64,000 nt of DNA from Macrostomum lignano (taxonomy: Eukaryota): contig NIVC01003481.1 of the NCBI GenBank assembly GCA_002269645.1, positions 31,931 through 95,930 on the forward strand, written 5' to 3'. Made by a program: the position numbers and the translations under genes. Below are positions 59,701-64,000 of this stretch, piece after piece (the stretch's first letter is position 1; every line of letters starts with the position of its first letter). The notes below the pieces were generated by a model. That model saw nothing but the letters and a program-made list of their open reading frames with translations. It was not told the origin of the DNA and searched no databases.

Positions 59701-62700
59701 AACTAATGAAGAGACCCAGTGGATTCAGCCAGACTCTGAAGAGGATATCCTGCCCTGACGGATCCCATTCCAACACTGATGAGGCCCCACCTGCGTGGAG
59801 ACTGACTTTTTTAAAAAGGATCAGGCCGACGAAGCAGTCAGAGAGGGAGAGAAGGAGCCGTTTCCGGCTGGGAGTTCTCAATTTTGAGCGCACTGGTGGC
59901 GGGCATTGTTGGCGCGGCTCACGCAGTCTACACAGTGTATTCCAAGTGTTCTAACCAAATTTCAGTTGGAAACTGTAAAATTTTTTCAAAATTGCAGCCG
60001 ATCAGAAACCGCTGAACTACGATGAAGTTGCTCAGGCAGCTTCCAACTCAAACTGCACTGTCTACGTTGGCGGCATCACGCGTGGGCTGTGCGGTGAGTC
60101 CCAATTTGATACCTAAACTGATGCTGATCGATCCCGAACCCAATCCTGATCGATCCAAAACCCACTCTGATTGATCCCGAATCCAATCCTAATCGATCCC
60201 AAACCCAATCCTGATCGATCCCGAACCCAATCCTGATCGATCCAAAACCCACTCTGATTGATCCCGAACCCAATCCTAATCGATCCCAAACCCAATCCTG
60301 GTCGATCCCAAAACCAATCTTCATCAATCCCAAAACCCACTCTGATTGATCCCAAACCTAATCCTGATCGATCCCAAAAACCATCCTGATCGATCCCAAA
60401 ACCCATCCTGATATATCCCAAAACCCACCCATGATCCCAAAACCCACTCTGATTGATCCCGAACCCCATCCTGATCGATCCAAAAACCTAATTCTGATCG
60501 ATCCCAAACCCCATTCTGATCAATCTTAAAAAAAACAGAATTCTTATTGATCCTATATTCCTATCACTTGCAGAGGAGCTGCTCAGAGAAGCATTCAAAG
60601 ACTTCGGCGAGATCCTTGAAGTCCGCGTGTTCAAAGAGAAGGGCTACGCCTTTGTCCGCTTCGACACGCACGAGGGCGCAACCAAGGCCATCATCACCAT
60701 GCACGGCAAGGATGTCGGCGGCCAGCCCTGCAAGTGCTCCTGGGGCAAGGAGAGCAACGACAAGGAGAATGCCGCGGTGAGTCACTGAGACATTCTGGCA
60801 CAGTCACTGATAGCCAATTGTCCGGCACAGTCACTGATAGCCAATTGTCCGGCACAGTCACTGATAGCCAATTGTCCGGCACAGTCACTGATAGCCAATT
60901 GTCCGGCACAGTCACTGATAGCCAAGTTTGTGGCGCAGTCACTGATAGTATAGCCAAGTCTCTGGCACAGCCACTGATAGCCAGTCTCTGGCACAGTCAC
61001 TGATAGCCAATTGTCCGGCACAGCCACTGATAGCCAGTCTCTGGCACAGTCACTGATAGCCAATTGTCCGGCACAGCCACTGATAGCCAGTCTCTGGCAC
61101 AGTCACTGATAGCCAATTGTCTGGCACAGTCGCTGATAGCCAAATGTCTGGCACAGTCACTGATAGCCAATTGTCTGGCACAGTCACTGATAGCCAATTG
61201 TCTGGCACAGTCACTGATAGCCAATTGTCTGGCACAGTCACTGATAGCCAATTGTCTCGCACAGTCACTGATAGCCAATTGTCTGACACAGTCACTGATA
61301 GACAAGTCTCTGGCACAGTCACTGATAGCCAATTGTCCGGCACAGTCACTGATAGCCAATTGTCTGGCACAGTCACTGATAGCCAATTTGTCTGGCACAG
61401 TCACTGATAGCCAATTGTCTCGCACAGTCACTGATAGACAAGTCTCTGGCACAGTCACTGATAGCCAATTGTCTGGCACAGTCACTGATAGCCAAGTTTG
61501 TGTAACAGTCACTGATAGCCAGTCGCTGGCACAGTCACTGACTGATAGCCAATTGTCTGGCACAGTCACTGATAGCCAAGTTTGTGGCACAGTCACTGAT
61601 AGCCAAGTCTCTGGCACAGTCACTGATAGCCAATTTTGTGGCGCAGTCACTGATAGCCAATTGTCCGGCACAGTCACTGATAGCCAGTCTCTGGCACAGT
61701 CACTGATAGCCAAGTTTGTGCCCGAGCACATGAAACCCTGACTGCCCGAACAAGGCTCAAGCTGACCTCACCTGCGTGAGAAGCGCCACTAGCAAGGCTT
61801 CCGTCAATAAATCAGCGATTCACAGGCCACCCCGCCAGCTGCAACGAAAGGATGCGGAACGGAAAATCCCGGGAACCAGCCAGTGAAATCAGCTTGGCGT
61901 GACTGTGGGATCATCCGCGTGCAGCCTTACTGCAGCGAGCATTCGGGACTGAAAGAGCATTGTTGCTTGTTCACGGTTCAGGACACCACAAAAGCAACAG
62001 ATATCCGGGTTAGGGCAGCTGACAATTGGTTTAGACTTGGCCCTCTACCACCAAGCCAATTATTTTAATTAAATTGAACCCAATGAAAGAATCAATCAAT
62101 ATAGATTAATAACTAACTGTTTTATTTTCTATATTTTTTATGCAGGCTCTAATGACGCCATACGGTTACTACGCGGCGACGGCTGGCGCCACGGCGGCCA
62201 GCCCGCTGGCTTACCAGGCCTACAACCAGCTCAGCTACCTGCAGCAGCCAATCAACTACGCTAATTATGCGTCCGCAGCTGCCGCCGCCGCTGCTGCCGC
62301 CTCCTCCGCTTATCAAGGTGGAGCCGCCAGGTAAATATACATGTGATTGGCGCAGGTAGGGTCTCGGCCATAGACAGTCAGGGTGCATGGAGCTGCGTGA
62401 TTGGCGCAGGTGGGGTTCTCGGCAATGGTCTCGGCCATAGAAAGTGTGTCAGGGTACGTGGGGGCTGCGTGAATGGGGCAGGTGGGGTCTCGGCCATAGA
62501 CAGTGTGTCAGGGTGCGTGAAGCTGCGTGAATGGCACAGGTCTCGGCCATAGACAGTGTGTCAGGGTGCGTGAAGCTGCGTGAATGGCACAGGTCTCGGC
62601 CATAGACAGTGTGTCAGGGTGCATGGGGCTGCATGAATGGTGCAGGTGGGGGTCTCGGCCATAGACAGTGTGTCAGGGTGCATGGGGCTGCATGAATGGT

Positions 62701-62972
62701 GCAGGTGGGAGTCTCGGCCATGGACAGTATCAGGTGAAGGCACACAGGTTCGCTCATAGACACTGAACAGCCAATTCCAATGTTATAAATATAAATAATT
62801 CGCCCCCCCCTCCACAACCCGCAGCGGCGGCCTGCTCAACGGTTTCGGCGCCGCCGGAGGCAACCCGGCTGCAGCAGCCGCGGCTGCCGCTGCTCAACTG
62901 GCCGCGGCCAGCCACGCCGCCGCGTTCGGCACCCCGACATCGGCAGCTGTGAGCTTCCAGCAGGCCCACTGA
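41485..62972 (+). CDS. TIA1/TIAL1-like: TIA-1/TIAR (Rox8-like) RNA-binding protein with RRM2+RRM3 and Ala-rich termini, 400 aa model
   Basis: Eight phase-consistent exons: 41485-41724, 47392-47461, 48570-48657, 53277-53449, 59998-60093, 60574-60776, 62146-62330, 62825-62972 (1203 nt incl. TGA). Diagnostic motifs: KLDTTSHYHIFVGDL, KPKGYGFVAY, IRTNWAVRKPP, YDEV...NCTVYVGGI, KGYAFVRF, CKCSWGKE. Confidence 0.9.
42540..43295. repeat. 20-bp minisatellite (TTTTAGCGCCACAGCCTAGA)
   Basis: Direct reading. Confidence 0.97.
44295..44885. repeat. 55-bp minisatellite with periodic 30-bp insert
   Basis: GAGTTTTTGCTATTCATTAAG... units; GTCGGTGCGTCAAGTCAAGAGAATTCTATT every 2-3 units. Confidence 0.93.
45540..45790. 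repeat. ~22-bp TG-rich minisatellite (CATTATGTCTGTGTGTCTGGCT)
   Basis: Direct reading. Confidence 0.9.
46684..47060 (+). mobile_element. Possible second tRNA-headed SINE (family B); 3' boundary uncertain
   Basis: A-box-like TAGCCCAGTGG (46697) and B-box-like GGCTCGATTCC (46741); single copy here. Confidence 0.4.
47392..47461 (+). CDS. TIA-like exon 2 (linker before RRM2)
   Basis: ttttgcttccag acceptor; GLQVTLPSAALALSTQNHKLDTT(S) resembles the TIA-1 KKDTSNH linker; GTAAG donor, phase 1. Confidence 0.75.
47551..47869 (-). mobile_element. SINE family A, full length
   Basis: Near-identical body to other copies; (ATT)n tail at left end. Confidence 0.85.
48570..48657 (+). CDS. TIA-like exon 3 (RRM2 RNP2)
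   Basis: HYHIFVGDLAPEIESHQLKEAFSAFGIV; GTGAGT donor. Confidence 0.93.
48705..50100. repeat. 14-bp satellite (GGATTCGGGATTCT), near perfect, ~93+ copies
   Basis: Direct reading; degenerate only at left edge. Confidence 0.98.
50785..51998. repeat. ~22-bp minisatellite (TTTTACAGTAGCTTTGGCGCCCC)
   Basis: Direct reading. Confidence 0.95.
53277..53449 (+). CDS. TIA-like exon 4 (RRM2 RNP1)
   Basis: ECKIIKDMHTQKPKGYGFVAYANREEAEEAMQKMNGQLLGSRTIRTNWAVRKPPQPP; weak GTTTGA donor. Confidence 0.93.
54565..54865 (-). mobile_element. SINE family A
   Basis: Same body with small deletions. Confidence 0.85.
56522..56737 (-). mobile_element. SINE family A, truncated
   Basis: Body and B box present; A-box end and part of 3' region missing. 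Confidence 0.8.
57845..59152. repeat. 46-bp minisatellite (GACATTGAGGTGGCAGCAGCAGTGACAGACACTGAAGGATCATGAG), ~28 copies
   Basis: Direct reading; no unique spacers. Confidence 0.97.
59998..60093 (+). CDS. TIA-like exon 5 (RRM3 start)
   Basis: DQKPLNYDEVAQAASNSNCTVYVGGITRGLC; ttgcag acceptor, GTGAGT donor. Confidence 0.93.
60110..60520. repeat. ~22-bp minisatellite (GATCGATCCCGAACCCAATCCT)
   Basis: Fills most of TIA-like intron 5. Confidence 0.9.
60574..60776 (+). CDS. TIA-like exon 6 (RRM3)
   Basis: EELLREAFKDFGEILEVRVFKEKGYAFVRFDTHEGATKAIITMHG...CKCSWGKES. Confidence 0.93.
60780..61720. repeat. 27-bp minisatellite (GGCACAGTCACTGATAGCCAATTGTCT)
   Basis: Begins at the exon 6 donor. Confidence 0.95.
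62146..62330 (+). CDS. TIA-like exon 7 (Tyr/Ala-rich low-complexity tail)
   Basis: Long U-rich acceptor; ALMTPYGYYAATAG...AYQAYNQLSYLQQPINYANY...; GTAAAT donor, phase 2. Confidence 0.8.
62345..62735. repeat. ~53-61-bp minisatellite (GGTCTCGGCCATAGACAGTGTGTCAGGGTG...)
   Basis: Fills most of the last intron. Confidence 0.9.
62825..62972 (+). CDS. TIA-like terminal coding exon
   Basis: cccgcag acceptor, phase 2; GGLLNGFGAAGGNPAAAAAAAAAQ...FQQAH*; AATAAA at 63201 downstream. Confidence 0.75.
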
Positions 62973-64000
62973 CCAGACCCCAACTGATTTCCATGCCTTG
63001 TTAGCCGACTGGTTGGCCATGACTGTTGGAGAGTCCCATTTTATTGAGCAACAGTCAAAAGCACGACTGCTCACGCTTTTGTAACTGGTATTAACCCGCA
63101 ATGCGCACCCTTACGCCTTAAAATCCTCCCAGCACAAAAATCCAAACTTGTCCCGTTTTAAACTGCTGCATCGTCGTGAGGATAGCATTAAAATATTTAT
63201 AATAAAGGACACCACGAACTCTGGTGTGATTTGTGCTGCTTTCGTGTTTTTCTACTTTGTGATTTTTGTACCCGATTGTAATTTTGACGCTGTGCACATG
63301 CCGCCTCCCCTTGACTCTCTCTCCTCTCCCAGCTGTTCTTGTCAATTGTTTATGAGCACACCTTGAGCACGAGATTAATGCATTGTGATTTAAGCTTCTG
63401 TAGCTGTCGTATTTTGCCTATCTGCGCTAAACAAGAACTGGCTGACTGCAAAATATTCCTCAGATCCTGTTGAATGAGATTTATGCTAACAAATATTGTT
63501 CAGCCAATTCTTGTTTTATTAATTTTGTTTCGAGTTCACCACTCGCTCGCTCTTAGATGTAAAAAAAAAACTAATTAAGTCTAATTCATGATCTGACTTT
63601 TTGGTACGCAACACAGAAAATCAGTTTTAAAAAAGCACTCCTAGCTACTCATAGTAATTTTATCCGAACGCAACGAAAAGCAGCCAGCCCCGTTCTGCAC
63701 CGCACAAATGCATGCTTGCCATGTAAGAAGTAACAGGCATTGTGTTAACATTTGCTCAACTTGACAGCTGCTTTAATCCTTCATCATCCATTCTGGCCCT
63801 GTCCATGTTTAAGCTCGCATCGAGCTTGTATAACTTGCTTATCAATATAATTATTATACAATTAAGATCCTTAATCAAACCTGGATTTAGCAAGTTGAAT
63901 TCTGAACCCCCAACGCGCTCTCGTTCAATGTAACCCGACATGGCACTGCTGCTCTGTTTGCGCGCATACGAGTCGAGTACTTCGTATACATAGTTATCAA

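Noticed and set aside
63756-63941. Possible last exon of a convergent minus-strand gene
   Set aside because: Short, no recognisable domain, no clear acceptor.

Overview
Eukaryotic, intron-rich animal genomic DNA saturated with minisatellites. The style suggests a repeat-rich invertebrate such as the flatworm Macrostomum, but this is inference only. Two spliced genes were reconstructed by hand with GT-AG junctions and consistent phases, and they are divergently transcribed. (1) Minus strand: a DCC/neogenin/frazzled-family Ig receptor (signal peptide plus Ig1-Ig4 in 7 exons, 37550 down to 1649, continuing off the left edge). (2) Plus strand: a TIA-1/TIAR-family RNA-binding protein (8 exons, 41485-62972, 400 aa) that appears to lack RRM1. 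Two convergent tRNA genes (Asn-GTT, Pro-TGG) lie between their 5' ends. The introns contain a nearly intact 5.4-kb RNase H-bearing non-LTR retrotransposon (LOA/R1-like, 13-bp TSD, one frameshift), a 6.9-kb CAC...GTG terminal-inverted-repeat element (EnSpm/CACTA-like, 2-bp TSD) holding about 7.8 near-identical 662-bp units, five copies of a tRNA-headed CORE-like SINE, and about 30 distinct tandem arrays, many starting at splice sites. Most long ORFs in the supplied track are artefacts of these arrays. There is no CRISPR array.
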